Below are positions 1 through 10,010 of a stretch of 64,000 nt of DNA, piece by piece. How positions within the stretch are numbered: the stretch's first letter is position 1; each line of letters begins with the position of its first letter. Both the position numbers and the translations under genes were made by a program. The stretch lies in contig JASFQK010000013.1 in assembly GCA_050115495.1 (NCBI GenBank), positions 1-64,000 of the forward strand, given 5' to 3'. The stretch comes from Phycisphaerae bacterium. GTDB taxonomy: Bacteria; Planctomycetota; Phycisphaerae; UBA1845; Fen-1342. The notes below the pieces were generated by a model that saw only the letters and a program-made list of their open reading frames with translations, had not been told where the DNA came from and searched no databases.

Positions 1-74
1 TGCATCGGCGTACTCCTCTGCCCAGCGTGGGCGGCTCGGAACCAATCTTGATCCCGAGAGTACGCCGCCTTTTT

Positions 75-1262
75 TCATCCCGCCATCAACGAAATTCGGT
101 TATAGCTCCAGGTTTCGCCCCAGCCGGCCGCCGCGTCGCAGATGTCCCACAGACCGCTGGTCAGGAGCACATACGACACGGCGCTGGCGATCAGGACCGC
201 TCCCGTCGCTGGCAGGAACCCCTCGGCGCGGGCCGCCGGGAGTTGTTGGCCTCGCCGGCGGGCCATCGCTCGCTTCAGGAGTAGGGCCAGCAGAACGAGG
301 GGCACCAGGGCGCCCGCCCAGCGGAACGATGCTTTCAGGCAGAGGATGACTGTGGCCGTGCGCAGGGGCATGGAACCCTGGGCAACCAACGTCCAGGCCG
401 AACTCCCCAGCGACCAGCCCAGCGTCAGATTGACGGCGGCCGTCCAGATCAGGATGAGGATGGCGCAGACGCGGGCGGATACGAGGCGCAGGTGTGCCCC
501 GACATACACGACGTAGGGGACGACCATGCCCGGCCCGGTTGTCGCCCATGTCAGCAGGGTCGATCCGGCCGCCGCGAACCAGCCGCACAGCAGCAGTTGT
601 GCCGTGAGGATGAGGCCCTCGGGCCACGGCCTTATGACGCCGGGCGCGGTGAAGAATCGCGTCACGGTGGGCACGAACGCCGCCACCGCCAGCAGGGCGA
701 TCAGCAGATAGAAGCGATGCGTCTTCTCTTTCGCCGGCGAAGGCGCCGGCTCGCCGCCTGCTGCGGCGCGGCGGGCCAGTCGACGGTTTCGGCGTCGCAG
801 CGACCAGAAGCCGCCGGCCGACAGGCTGACCAGCGCCCAGACGAGGCTCATCGGCACGTACAGCCAGCAGTAGGTCGGCCGCTTCACGTATTGGAGGCTC
901 GTCGGGCCGGCGTAGGATTCGACGAAGTCGCTCCAGATTGACACCGGGGCGTGTGGGGCGGCTTCCGCAGTGAGGTAGAAGCGTTCGGCGGACCAGTTCC
1001 TCGGCGTCGACCAGTCCGCCTGCGATTCGAGATACAGCTCACCGCCGCTCAGCGTGGCGCGAACCGGCCCGGCACAGGCGGCCATCCGGAGGAAGCCGCT
1101 CGCCAGCCAGAGGCACAGCGTGCAGATGGACAGGGCGCACGACGCCCACCACAGGATGTTCACGAGGAATGCTCGTCGCCTGCGGCCCGGCGGTAGCGCT
1201 GCCGGCAGCGGCGCCTCGACGCGACCGCGCGGCCCGTCGGCGGTGGCATCGCCCCTCGACAT
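75..1262 (-). CDS. Hypothetical multi-pass membrane protein
   Basis: 451-codon ORF with several hydrophobic segments. ATG at 1262 chosen as likely start (ORF is open to 1430). The N-terminal module loosely resembles the membrane protein at 57683-58594. Confidence 0.5.
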   Translation of the reverse strand: MSRGDATADGPRGRVEAPLPAALPPGRRRRAFLVNILWWASCALSICTLCLWLASGFLRMAACAGPVRATLSGGELYLESQADWSTPRNWSAERFYLTAEAAPHAPVSIWSDFVESYAGPTSLQYVKRPTYCWLYVPMSLVWALVSLSAGGFWSLRRRNRRLARRAAAGGEPAPSPAKEKTHRFYLLIALLAVAAFVPTVTRFFTAPGVIRPWPEGLILTAQLLLCGWFAAAGSTLLTWATTGPGMVVPYVVYVGAHLRLVSARVCAILILIWTAAVNLTLGWSLGSSAWTLVAQGSMPLRTATVILCLKASFRWAGALVPLVLLALLLKRAMARRRGQQLPAARAEGFLPATGAVLIASAVSYVLLTSGLWDICDAAAGWGETWSYNRISLMAG

Positions 1263-1469
1263 GCTCAGAGATCCTCCTGAGGATCCTGCCGACCCCACAT
1301 CATCATACGTGATGGTATCCCTGCGGTTCGCGGAGGTGGAAGGTGTAGTCCCGTACTGCTGGTCGCGAAGGCGCGGCAGGAGACAAGAGAGAGACGTAGC
1401 CAGGAACGTCCGGCGGGACGCTCGACCCACCCTCCCTGCGTGTGGGCCGCCGGGGGGGCTGAAATCACC

Positions 1470-2624
1470 TCAGTAGCAGATCTGTTTCTTCAGTAGGGCC
1501 GGCGTGATCTTTAGGTTGGCGAGGATGGTGGCGATGCGGGGGGCGGTGCGGCCGTCGCCGTAGATGCTGCGGCCGCCGCGGTGGGGGTGCATGGCGAGCG
1601 CGCGGCGGAGGGCGCGGCGGATGGCGGGTTGGTCTTCGTTGCATTGCACGATTGCGGGGCCGCCGGGTTCGCGGGTGGCCTGGCGGCCGCCGACGTCGAC
1701 GACCGGCGTGCCGGCCAGCGGGGCCTCGATGAAGCCGCTGGACGAGTTGCCCACCAGCACGTCCGCGGCGAGCAGGGCTCGCAGGTAATCGTCGCGCGGC
1801 AGCGAGCGGATGACCTCGACGGAGCCGTCGCGGTAAGTGCGTTCGTGGCGGCGAATCGCCCGCAGGACGCCGCTGTGTCCGCGGTCGGTGTTCGGGAAGA
1901 AGATCCGGCGGCGCAGGCCGGCGTCGGTGACGGCGTTGAGGATCGCGGTCGTGGCCCGCTCTTCGACGTCGGTGGGTCGGCCGCTGGCGTGGTAGACGAT
2001 GAGGGTGTCGCCGCTACGACCGCGACGGGGCGGCTGCTGCGCGATCAAAGCCCACAGGCGGTCGAGTCCGGGGGCGCCGACCAGATGTACGTTCGCTGGC
2101 CGTTCGCCGAGGCGAATGAGTCGGCGGGCTGCGCGGCGTGTGGCCGCCAGGTGCACGTGGGCGAGTTTGGTGATGGCGTGGCGGAGGCTGTCGTCGAAAT
2201 CGCCGGGAGCGACATCGCCGCCGTGAATGTGAGCCAGGACGCAGCCGCTGGTGACGGCGGCGAGAGCACCGGCCATCGCCTCGATGCGATCGCCGAGGAC
2301 GACCACGACGTCGCTGCGGGCCCGCACGAGGAAGCGGGCGATGCCGGCCACGCCGCGAGCGAGGCCTTCGGCCTGATCGAGCCGCGTGTCAGAGCCCTTC
2401 TGCATGGGTACGCGGGCGTCGATGCGCCAACCGTCGCGGACGAGATCGTCGACGGTGCGGCCGAACGCCGGCAGCAGGTGAATGCCGGTGACGACGGTTT
2501 GCAGGTCGAGCTGTGGATGTTCGTCGATGGCGGTCATCACGGCGTGGAGCAGGCCGTACTCGGCCCGCGTGCCGGTGACGACGGCGATGCGGCGGCGTGC
2601 TGTCCTGCTGCGGCGGGCGCTCAC
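1470..2624 (-). CDS. neuC: UDP-N-acetylglucosamine 2-epimerase (hydrolysing), NeuC family
   Basis: Motifs IAVVTGTRAEYGLL, VLGDRIE, HIHGGD, DDSLRHAITKLAHVH, GNSSSG, YGDG. GTG at 2624 overlaps the neuB stop (GTGA). Confidence 0.92.
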   Translation of the reverse strand: MSARRSRTARRRIAVVTGTRAEYGLLHAVMTAIDEHPQLDLQTVVTGIHLLPAFGRTVDDLVRDGWRIDARVPMQKGSDTRLDQAEGLARGVAGIARFLVRARSDVVVVLGDRIEAMAGALAAVTSGCVLAHIHGGDVAPGDFDDSLRHAITKLAHVHLAATRRAARRLIRLGERPANVHLVGAPGLDRLWALIAQQPPRRGRSGDTLIVYHASGRPTDVEERATTAILNAVTDAGLRRRIFFPNTDRGHSGVLRAIRRHERTYRDGSVEVIRSLPRDDYLRALLAADVLVGNSSSGFIEAPLAGTPVVDVGGRQATREPGGPAIVQCNEDQPAIRRALRRALAMHPHRGGRSIYGDGRTAPRIATILANLKITPALLKKQICY

Positions 2625-3724
2625 GCGATCAGGTCCCAGGTGAGGACGGTGTCGGCGGCCACGTCGGTGCGCAGCGTGCGGCCGACGAGCGAGTGGATGA
2701 GGTCGGGCTGCACGCCGCCGGCGGGACGCTTGATGGTCAGCATGTCGGGGGTGAGCGGCGTGCCGGCGGGGATCGCCCTGGCGGCGACGACGCTCTTGCG
2801 GGCGACGGCGCGGACGTCGGCCTCGATTTCGGTCATGCCCAGTTGCCCGGTGCCGAGCGCCGCCTCGACGGTGCGCACGATGGCGACGTACTCGCTCAGC
2901 TCTGCGGGCGTCAACGACATGGCATGATCGGGGCCGGACGCGCTGCGGTCCAGCGTGAAGTGCTTCTCCAACAGGCACGCGCCGGCGGCGACCGCCCAGC
3001 CGCCCACGTGCGTCGAGAGCGTGTGGTCGCTGAAGCCGGCCGGCACGCTGAACCTGCCGCTCAACTCGGCGACGGCGCGCAGGTTGGCCGCTTCGAGCGG
3101 CGTTGGATAGCAGCTCACACAGTGCAGCAGGATCAGCCGCGAGGCGGTGCCCCAGAAGCGCAGCCGCATGACCGCCGTCCGCAGCTCTTCGAAGGTGGCG
3201 GCACCGGTCGAGACGATCAGCGGCAGGTCGGCCTCGGCGGCGGCTTGCAGCAGCGGCGTGTTGTTGAGGTCGGTCGAGGCGATCTTGATGGCCCGCACGT
3301 CGAGCTGTCGCAGCCGCTCGACGTCGGCGGGGCTGAACGGCGTGGCGAGGAATTCGAGGCCGCGTTGGCGGCAGTGGTCACGCAGCTCGTGGAACGCCGC
3401 GTCGGTCAGTTCGAGGGCGGCGAGCATCTGCTGCTGCGAGGTTTGACCGGTGGCCTGCTGGTAGCCGGCCGTCGCGGCGCCGGCCGTGGCGAGCTCGGCG
3501 GCGTGGAAGACCTGGAACTTGACGGCGTCGGCGCCGGCCTGGGCGGCGACGTCGATCAGGGCGTGAGCTTTGTCGGTGGAGCCGTCGTGGTTGACGCCCG
3601 CCTCGGCGACGATGTACGCCGGCTGACCGGGGGCGATCAGGCGTGAACCGATCCTCGTCTGCCCGTCGGTCCGCTGCTCAGGCGACGGAGGCGGTGACGA
3701 GCCGCTGGAGCAGCACGGCGGCAT
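2621..3724 (-). CDS. neuB: N-acetylneuraminate/nonulosonate synthase, NeuB family with C-terminal SAF domain
   Basis: Motifs IVAEAGVNHDG, GADAVKFQ, KIASTD, LHCVSCYP, GFSDHT, LEKHFTLDR, GPDH, KRPAGG. Start uncertain: the nearest in-frame ATG (3724) overlaps neuA. Confidence 0.92.
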   Translation of the reverse strand: MPPCCSSGSSPPPSPEQRTDGQTRIGSRLIAPGQPAYIVAEAGVNHDGSTDKAHALIDVAAQAGADAVKFQVFHAAELATAGAATAGYQQATGQTSQQQMLAALELTDAAFHELRDHCRQRGLEFLATPFSPADVERLRQLDVRAIKIASTDLNNTPLLQAAAEADLPLIVSTGAATFEELRTAVMRLRFWGTASRLILLHCVSCYPTPLEAANLRAVAELSGRFSVPAGFSDHTLSTHVGGWAVAAGACLLEKHFTLDRSASGPDHAMSLTPAELSEYVAIVRTVEAALGTGQLGMTEIEADVRAVARKSVVAARAIPAGTPLTPDMLTIKRPAGGVQPDLIHSLVGRTLRTDVAADTVLTWDLIA

Positions 3725-4343
3725 AGTGGAAGTCCTCCGCGGTGTCGATGTCCACCCCGCGGGCCGCCGGCATGGGGTAGACCATGGTCCGGGGCGGCCG
3801 GCGGTTCTGCACGTAGTCTTTGTAACCGTGCACGTAAATCGCACCGTTGAGCTTGTAGATCACGTCCGGGCCGCCCAGGGCCTCGAACCGGCCGTCGCGG
3901 CCGACGTGGCCCAGCCAGGAAGACGGGGCCACCGGCGACGCCGACACAACCGCGCACGGAGCATTCTCTTCGTAGAGGGCCACGGCGCCGCGAATGTCCT
4001 CGGCGGTCCGCAGCGGGGAGGTTGGCTGAAGGACCATGACGGCGTCGTAGGTCTCGCCGCGGTCGGCGAGGAAATCGAGAATGTAGCGATTGGAGGGCTG
4101 CGTGGGGGTGTCGTCGCGGGCGAGCTGCACCGGCCGGAGGACCGGGCAGGCCACGCCGTGGTCGGCGGCGACCGCAGCGATGGTCGGACCGTCCGTGTTC
4201 ACGTAAACCGCGGATAGCACGCCACTTGCGAGGGCGGCTTCGCAGGTGTAGGCGATCAGGGGACGTCCGTGAAGATTGGCGAGGTTCTTGTTCGGGAGCC
4301 GTTTCGAACCTGCCCGCGCAGGGATCAGGGCAACTACCGTCAT
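3678..4343 (-). CDS. neuA: Acylneuraminate (CMP-nonulosonate) cytidylyltransferase
   Basis: Motifs ALIPARAGSKRLPNKN, LQPTSPLR, NGAIY, DIDTAEDF. Confidence 0.92.
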   Translation of the reverse strand: MTVVALIPARAGSKRLPNKNLANLHGRPLIAYTCEAALASGVLSAVYVNTDGPTIAAVAADHGVACPVLRPVQLARDDTPTQPSNRYILDFLADRGETYDAVMVLQPTSPLRTAEDIRGAVALYEENAPCAVVSASPVAPSSWLGHVGRDGRFEALGGPDVIYKLNGAIYVHGYKDYVQNRRPPRTMVYPMPAARGVDIDTAEDFHYAAVLLQRLVTASVA

Positions 4344-4382
4344 GGTCTACCTTGTAGCAGTCCGGTCCGAGCTGGGTTGCAC

Positions 4383-5771
4383 CTATCCGTGGGCTGGAGC
4401 CGCCGGCGGCGGCTGCGGAGCCGCGGTGGCCGGAAGCTTCATCCGGGCCGCCTGGCACAGCACGAAAAGCGGTACGAGGCGTCCGAGGAGCATGCCGGCC
4501 ATGATCCAGCTCATGCCGTACTGATATAGATCGACCGGTTGTCGGATTCCGCTGGAGAGGTTCCGGTCGGTGACGGTCTCGGTGAGGCCGCTGGAGAGGT
4601 TCCCGCCGGCGACAATCGAGGTGGCGTCGAGGAGGCTCTCGGCGAGGGCGGGGGCGGATTGGTACGGGGAGGCGGTCTGGGTTTCGATGACGAGTATTCC
4701 GATCGCGATAATCGCGATGAGGGCGGCGAGGAGGATTGTGGTACCGGTTCCGGCGAGTAGGCAGCGGAGGGTAGTGCCGTCGAGCGGGCGTCGGCTGAAC
4801 AGTGCGGCGAGGCCACCCAGCAGGGCCCAGATGAGGAGGGTCCAGGTGAGTCCGCCGCCGGCGGCGCCGCCCAGGGGGCCGACGAACATGAGACCGGCGA
4901 GGGTGAGGCGGGTACCGTCGCTGACATCGCGGCGGGCGAGGGATTCGGTGGGTATGCCGGCGGCGGCCGCGCAGGTCGCCTGCTCCAGGCTGCGAACGAA
5001 GCGGGCGGCGGGGGGCTGGGCGGCCAGAAGCTCGCTTTCCGCCGTCGGCTGGCGTCCGCCGCGGGGTGATTCAAGCAGGAAGATCAGGCCGGCCATGAGG
5101 ACGAGGAACGCCGCATAGCCGCCAACCCAGAGCAGCAGGCGCCAGACGCTGAGATATCGGCGACGGAAGGGCGCCGCGGGCAGGAGCCAGACGGTCCAGC
5201 CGAGGCCGCCGATGAAGGCCATCGTTGCGTAGACCCACATGGCTGAGCGGGGCGGGTGGCCGGGGAGCCAGCCGAGGGAGGCGGTTGCGGACACGGCGCG
5301 GCAGGCGGATCCGCTCCAGCCGTCGGCAGCGGACCAGGCGTCACGGCCGGCGGCGAGGCATTCGAGGCCAGCCACCGCCGGTATGCTGATGGCGACCAGG
5401 GCCAGCAGGAGCAGGGGGACGACCCAGGTGGGCGGCAGGGGGGCGGTCTGCTCGCAGGCGGTGCGTAGGCGGCGGATGGCGGCCAGGCCGGCGGTCACAT
5501 ACAGGAGCGCTCCTGCCACACCCAGGCCCAGCAGCGCCCAGCGTCCCGCCGGCGTGTAGTGCTCTTCGAAGTTCGTGGTCAGCAGACCGGCGCCGCAGAC
5601 GGCGCTGAGGCAGTCGAAGTGCGCCTGCCACGTGCCCAGTTTCGCGAACCATCGCCAGTCACGGTCATCCAGCGAGCGGCACTGGGGGTTGTTGATGAAG
5701 TGAGCGCCGCCTACGACGAGGACGACGACGGCCAGCAGGAACCAGACGTCCGGGCGTTTGAACCAGCTCAT
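4383..5771 (-). CDS. Divergent TrkH/KtrB-like cation transporter membrane subunit
   Basis: Multi-TM protein with pore-loop-like motifs (LSAVCGAGL, ATCAAAAG, MFVGPLGGAAGGGL, DATSIVAGGNLSSGLT) and C-terminal MLLGRLVPL. ATG overlaps the mutS stop (ATGA). Confidence 0.65.
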   Translation of the reverse strand: MSWFKRPDVWFLLAVVVLVVGGAHFINNPQCRSLDDRDWRWFAKLGTWQAHFDCLSAVCGAGLLTTNFEEHYTPAGRWALLGLGVAGALLYVTAGLAAIRRLRTACEQTAPLPPTWVVPLLLLALVAISIPAVAGLECLAAGRDAWSAADGWSGSACRAVSATASLGWLPGHPPRSAMWVYATMAFIGGLGWTVWLLPAAPFRRRYLSVWRLLLWVGGYAAFLVLMAGLIFLLESPRGGRQPTAESELLAAQPPAARFVRSLEQATCAAAAGIPTESLARRDVSDGTRLTLAGLMFVGPLGGAAGGGLTWTLLIWALLGGLAALFSRRPLDGTTLRCLLAGTGTTILLAALIAIIAIGILVIETQTASPYQSAPALAESLLDATSIVAGGNLSSGLTETVTDRNLSSGIRQPVDLYQYGMSWIMAGMLLGRLVPLFVLCQAARMKLPATAAPQPPPAAPAHG

Positions 5772-8446
5772 GGTCCGTTTCTCTCTCGCGCCGCCGGCAG
5801 GTCGAGCAGTTCGCGCCAGCGGCGAATCAGGTCGAGGGCGGCCTCGGGCGCAGGGGCCTCCGGGGGCAGCTCTCGCAGTTGGCGAACGATGATCTCTTCC
5901 GGCTCCTCGAACAGGCGAAGCTGGCGGTGCCGGCGACGCTGGACGGCGGCCAGGGCGGGCCGCTGCGACTCGCGGGAGAAGGTTTTCTCCAGTTCGCTGA
6001 GGACCGCGTTGGCTCGTTCGAGGACGCTGCGGGGCAGGCCGGCGAGCTTGGCCACGTGGAGGCCGTAGCTGCGGTCGGCGCCGCCGGGGACGATGCGGTG
6101 CAGGAAGACGACCTGGTCCTCGTATTCGCGGACGGCAACGTTGAGGTTGAAGACGGGTTCGAGGAGGTCGGCGAGCTCGGTCAGCTCGTGGTAGTGCGTG
6201 GCGAAGAGCGTGCGGCAGCCGCAACGGGTGGCGAGGTGCTCGGTGATGGCCCAGGCGAGGGAGACGCCGTCGAAGGTGCTGGTGCCGCGGCCGACCTCGT
6301 CGAGGATGACGAGGCTGGCGGACGTGGCGTTGTGGAGGATGTTGGCCGTTTCGAGCATCTCGACCATGAAGGTGGACTGGCCGCGGGCGAGCTCGTCGCT
6401 GGCGCCGACGCGGGTGAAGATGCGGTCGATGAGGCCGAGGCGCATTCGTTGCGCGGGCACCCAGCAGCCGCAGTGGGCCAGCAGGGCGAGCAGGGCGACC
6501 TGGCGGATGTAGGTGCTCTTGCCGGCCATGTTGGGGCCGGTGATGAGGGCGAGCGAGCGGCCGCCGGCGGTGAGCTGTGTGTCGTTGACGACGAACGCCG
6601 GCCCGAGGGCAGCGGCGACGACGGGGTGGCGGCCAGCGTCGATTTCGAGGATGGGCTCGCTGACGAACTCGGGGCAGGTGGCGGCCTGCTCGCGGGCGAG
6701 TTCGGCCCAGCCGGCGAGGACGTCGATCTCGGCCAGAGCGCTGGCGGCCCGCTGAAGGGCGGGGATGTGCTCGGCGGTCGCGTCACGCAGGGTGATGAAC
6801 AGGTCGTACTCGAGCTCGTTGGCCCGGGACTCGGCGGAGAGGGCCTCGCTCTCGTAGTGCTTCAGCTCATCGGTGATGTAGCGCTCGGCGTTCTTGACGG
6901 TCTGCTTGCGGACGTAGTCGGGCGGAACGCGGTCGCGGTGGGTGTTGGTGATCTCGATGTAGAAGCCGAAGACCTTGTTGAAGGCGACCTTGAGCGAGGG
7001 GACGCCCGTGCGCTGACTCTCGCGGGCCTGGAAGTCGGCGAGCCACTGCTGGCCCTCGCGGCCGAAGGCCCGTAGGCGGTCGAGCTCGGCGTGGTGGCCG
7101 GCGGCGAAGATGCCGCCCTCGCGGACGGTCGTCGGGGCCTCGGGGGCGAGGGCGGTGCACAGCCCGTTGGCGACGCTGTCCAGGCCGGCAAGCTGCTCGG
7201 CGGCGGCGTCGGCGAGCGGGATGTGCAGCGTGTGCAGTGTGTCGCGGAATGTCGCGAGACGGGCCAGAGCGTCGCCGAGGGCGCGCAGGTCGCGCGGGTT
7301 GATCCGCTGCACGCCGAGGCGGCCGACGATGCGGTCGAGGTCGCTCATCTCGCGCAGAGCGCGGCGGATGGCGGTACGGCCGGCGTCGTCGATGCGGAGG
7401 GCGGCGACGCAATCCTGGCGGGCGCGGATGCGCTCGATGTTGCGGAGCGGATAGCAAAGCCACTCGCGCAGCAGGCGGGCGCCCATCGGGTTGCACGTGC
7501 GATCGACCGTGCCGAGCAGGGCGCCGCTACGGCTGCCGGTGCGGAGCGTGCGCTCGATTTCGAGCGAGCGGAGCGTGGTCGGGTCGAGGACCATGTGCTC
7601 GGCGAGTGACCGCCGGCGCGGCGGGTGAATGTGCTGGGCGGTGAGACGCTGCGTCTCGCGGATGTAGGCGAGCAGGGCGGCGGCGGCCTGGAGCGAGGCG
7701 TCGGTATGCGTGAAACCGAAGCCTTCGAGCGTCGCGGTCTCGAAGTGCTCACGAAGGAGCTGCTCGGCCCGGCGGGTGGTGAAGTCGGCGGCGTTGCGGT
7801 AGGTGACGGCGACGCCGAGCCGTTCGCGCAGGTCGGCTTCGAGCGGGTGCGGGCCGGGGGTGGCGCTTTCGGGGAGCAGGATCTCCGCCGGCGCGAGGCG
7901 GCCGAGCTCGTCGAGCACGCGGTCGGACGGGCAGAGCTGGACGTCGAACTGGCCGGTGGAGAGCTCAAGGCTGGCCAGGCCGACCTCGGCGGGGCCTTCG
8001 TGGACGGCGACGAGGACGTTGCGGCGGGTGCGGTCGAGCAGGGCGTCATCGGTGAGCGTGCCGGGCGTGACGATCCGGACGATCGCCCGGCGGACGACGC
8101 CCTTGGCCTGGCGGGCGTCCTCGATCTGCTCGCTGATGGCGACCTTGAGGCCGGCGGCGACGAGCTTGGCGAGATAACCTTCGAGGGCGTGGTGCGGGAT
8201 GCCGGCCAGCGGCGTACGGCCGCCGTCACGGCTGGTCAGGGCGATGCCGAGGACGCGGGCCCCCAGCTCGGCGTCGTCGTAGAACATTTCGTAGAAGTCG
8301 CCCATGCGGAAGAGGAGGACGGCGTCGCCGGCCTGCTGCTTCTGCTCGTGGTACTGGCGCATGGCGGGCGTGAGCCGCTCGTTGGGCCCGGGGGAGGCGG
8401 ACGAGGAGCGGGTGGCGGAGGTCACGCTGGAGCTGTCAGTACCCAC
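5768..8446 (-). CDS. mutS: DNA mismatch repair protein MutS
   Basis: TPAMRQY, FRMGDFYE, Walker A TGPNMAGKSTY, QSTFMVEM, DEVGRGTST, FATHYHEL, SYGLHVA. Confidence 0.98.
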   Translation of the reverse strand: MGTDSSSVTSATRSSSASPGPNERLTPAMRQYHEQKQQAGDAVLLFRMGDFYEMFYDDAELGARVLGIALTSRDGGRTPLAGIPHHALEGYLAKLVAAGLKVAISEQIEDARQAKGVVRRAIVRIVTPGTLTDDALLDRTRRNVLVAVHEGPAEVGLASLELSTGQFDVQLCPSDRVLDELGRLAPAEILLPESATPGPHPLEADLRERLGVAVTYRNAADFTTRRAEQLLREHFETATLEGFGFTHTDASLQAAAALLAYIRETQRLTAQHIHPPRRRSLAEHMVLDPTTLRSLEIERTLRTGSRSGALLGTVDRTCNPMGARLLREWLCYPLRNIERIRARQDCVAALRIDDAGRTAIRRALREMSDLDRIVGRLGVQRINPRDLRALGDALARLATFRDTLHTLHIPLADAAAEQLAGLDSVANGLCTALAPEAPTTVREGGIFAAGHHAELDRLRAFGREGQQWLADFQARESQRTGVPSLKVAFNKVFGFYIEITNTHRDRVPPDYVRKQTVKNAERYITDELKHYESEALSAESRANELEYDLFITLRDATAEHIPALQRAASALAEIDVLAGWAELAREQAATCPEFVSEPILEIDAGRHPVVAAALGPAFVVNDTQLTAGGRSLALITGPNMAGKSTYIRQVALLALLAHCGCWVPAQRMRLGLIDRIFTRVGASDELARGQSTFMVEMLETANILHNATSASLVILDEVGRGTSTFDGVSLAWAITEHLATRCGCRTLFATHYHELTELADLLEPVFNLNVAVREYEDQVVFLHRIVPGGADRSYGLHVAKLAGLPRSVLERANAVLSELEKTFSRESQRPALAAVQRRRHRQLRLFEEPEEIIVRQLRELPPEAPAPEAALDLIRRWRELLDLPAARERNGP

Positions 8447-8499
8447 AACGAGGAATGTAGCCGACGCACCGGATGGGCGGAAGAGGGAGCCGGCGGGGG

Positions 8500-9696
8500 T
8501 CAGTTGGCGGTGTCGTCGTCCGCGGCAGCGGGCAGCGCGTCATCCTGCTGGCCGCGCAGCTCGTCGATCTTGTCGAGCTGACGTTCCAGCTTGCGGGTCC
8601 GCGTGGTGGTCAGGGTGTCGTACTGGTCGCGGGCCTGTTCGAGGGCCTTGCCCATGCGATCCATCAAGTCCGTGTACTTGCGCCATTCCTTGCTGAAGGC
8701 GCCGAGGAGCTCGAGGATCTGCTGCGAGGTCTGTTCGAGGCGGAACTGCTCGGCCGTTTGGCGGATGACGGCCAGCAGTGCATAGAGCGTCAGCGGCGAG
8801 CAGAGGACGACCTTCTGCGACAGGGCGTCGTCGAGCAGCGTAGCGTCGTGCTCGTGGATGAAGCCATATACCTGCTCGTTGGGGATGAAGACGAGGACGT
8901 AATCGACGGTGCCGGCGGCGGGATCGATGTACTCGCGGCCGGTAACCTCCTTGATGCGGGCCCGGACGTCACGGAGGAAGGCGGTGCGGGCCTGGGCGGC
9001 GGCGGTCTCGTCGGGGGCGTCGAGGCTGCGCAGGTAGTTGGGCAAGGGGAACTTCACGTCCATATTCACCCGGCGGCCCTGCGGCAGTGGGAACGTGAAG
9101 TCGGGCTTGCGGCCGACCTCGTTGGCGGCCTGTTTGACGTAGTTGACGCCCTCGATGAAGCCGGCGAGGCGGAGGACGTCCTCGGCCATGCGCTCGCCCC
9201 ATTGGCCGCGACGCTGCGGGTTGGCCAGGGCCTCGCGGAGCTGGGCGGTCGTGGTCTGGAGGGCGGTCGTCGTGCGGTTGACGTTCTCGATCTTCTGGAC
9301 GAGGGCGCCGTGGGTCTCGCGGCGGTCTTTTTCGAGCGTCTGGAGCGTATTCGTGACCTCGGCGAGGCGGCCGCCGATCTGTTTGACCGTTTCGTCGATG
9401 AGCTTCTGGCGGCTGGCGAGGGCGGTTTCGCCTTCCTTCGTTTGAGCGGAGAGGCGGGTTTCGGCGAGTTGGAGGAATTGCTCGTTGCTGGATTTCAGGG
9501 CTTCCTGGGAGAGGCGGGCGAAGGCGGCCTGGACCTCGGCGACGACGGTTTGGAGGCTCTGAAGGCGGTCGGCGGCGGATTGTTCGAGGAGCTGGCGGGC
9601 GAGGTCGCCGGCGGCGCGGCGGCGGACGAGCTGGATGACCAGCACGAGGCCGGCGCCGATGACAAAACCGATTATGGCTGCGAGGGCTTCGTTCAC
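8500..9696 (-). CDS. rmuC: DNA recombination protein RmuC
   Basis: N-terminal TM plus coiled coil; RGQWGE, KPDF, DVKFP, FIPNE, SPLTL motifs. Confidence 0.92.
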   Translation of the reverse strand: MNEALAAIIGFVIGAGLVLVIQLVRRRAAGDLARQLLEQSAADRLQSLQTVVAEVQAAFARLSQEALKSSNEQFLQLAETRLSAQTKEGETALASRQKLIDETVKQIGGRLAEVTNTLQTLEKDRRETHGALVQKIENVNRTTTALQTTTAQLREALANPQRRGQWGERMAEDVLRLAGFIEGVNYVKQAANEVGRKPDFTFPLPQGRRVNMDVKFPLPNYLRSLDAPDETAAAQARTAFLRDVRARIKEVTGREYIDPAAGTVDYVLVFIPNEQVYGFIHEHDATLLDDALSQKVVLCSPLTLYALLAVIRQTAEQFRLEQTSQQILELLGAFSKEWRKYTDLMDRMGKALEQARDQYDTLTTTRTRKLERQLDKIDELRGQQDDALPAAADDDTAN

Positions 9697-9759
9697 AGGT
9701 TCTCCCGCCGGCGGGCAGTGTACGCGGATGCGGTCGGGCGGGGTAGCGGAGCGGGTCGT

Positions 9760-9851
9760 TCAGTCGTCCCTGACGGGACTAAGAGGGGGAGGGCACGCCG
9801 CGGGTCCCAGCACTGCGTGCTGGGCTACAATCAGCCGTCCCTGACGGGACT
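9760..9851. repeat. REP-like palindromic repeat, family A (copy 1)
   Basis: Two GTCCCTGACGGGAC hairpins flank CCCAGCACTGCGTGCTGGGCTACAATCAGCC. Near-identical element at 19926-20016. Confidence 0.85.
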
Positions 9852-9869
9852 GGGGTGCCGACGGCGGAT

Positions 9870-9900
9870 GACCCGCTCGCTACTGCTCGGGGCTCGGATG
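9870..9900. repeat. REP-like repeat, family B
   Basis: GACCCGCTCGCTACTGCTCGGGGCTCGGATG; related copies at 20043-20223 and 23569-23599. Confidence 0.8.
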
Positions 9901-10010
9901 AATTGGGTGGGTCGCGTCGTGTCGAAAGATGTGGGCGCGCGTGGCTGGGGGCGTACAATCACGGTCTAACCAGAGGGCGCAGTCACGGCCTGACCCGGGA
10001 AGGAGAATTC

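Noticed and set aside
1581..9969. Long plus-strand ORFs antisense to neuC, neuB, mutS and rmuC (and similar ORFs across the window)
   Set aside because: Typical shadow ORFs of high-GC coding DNA with no recognisable motifs.
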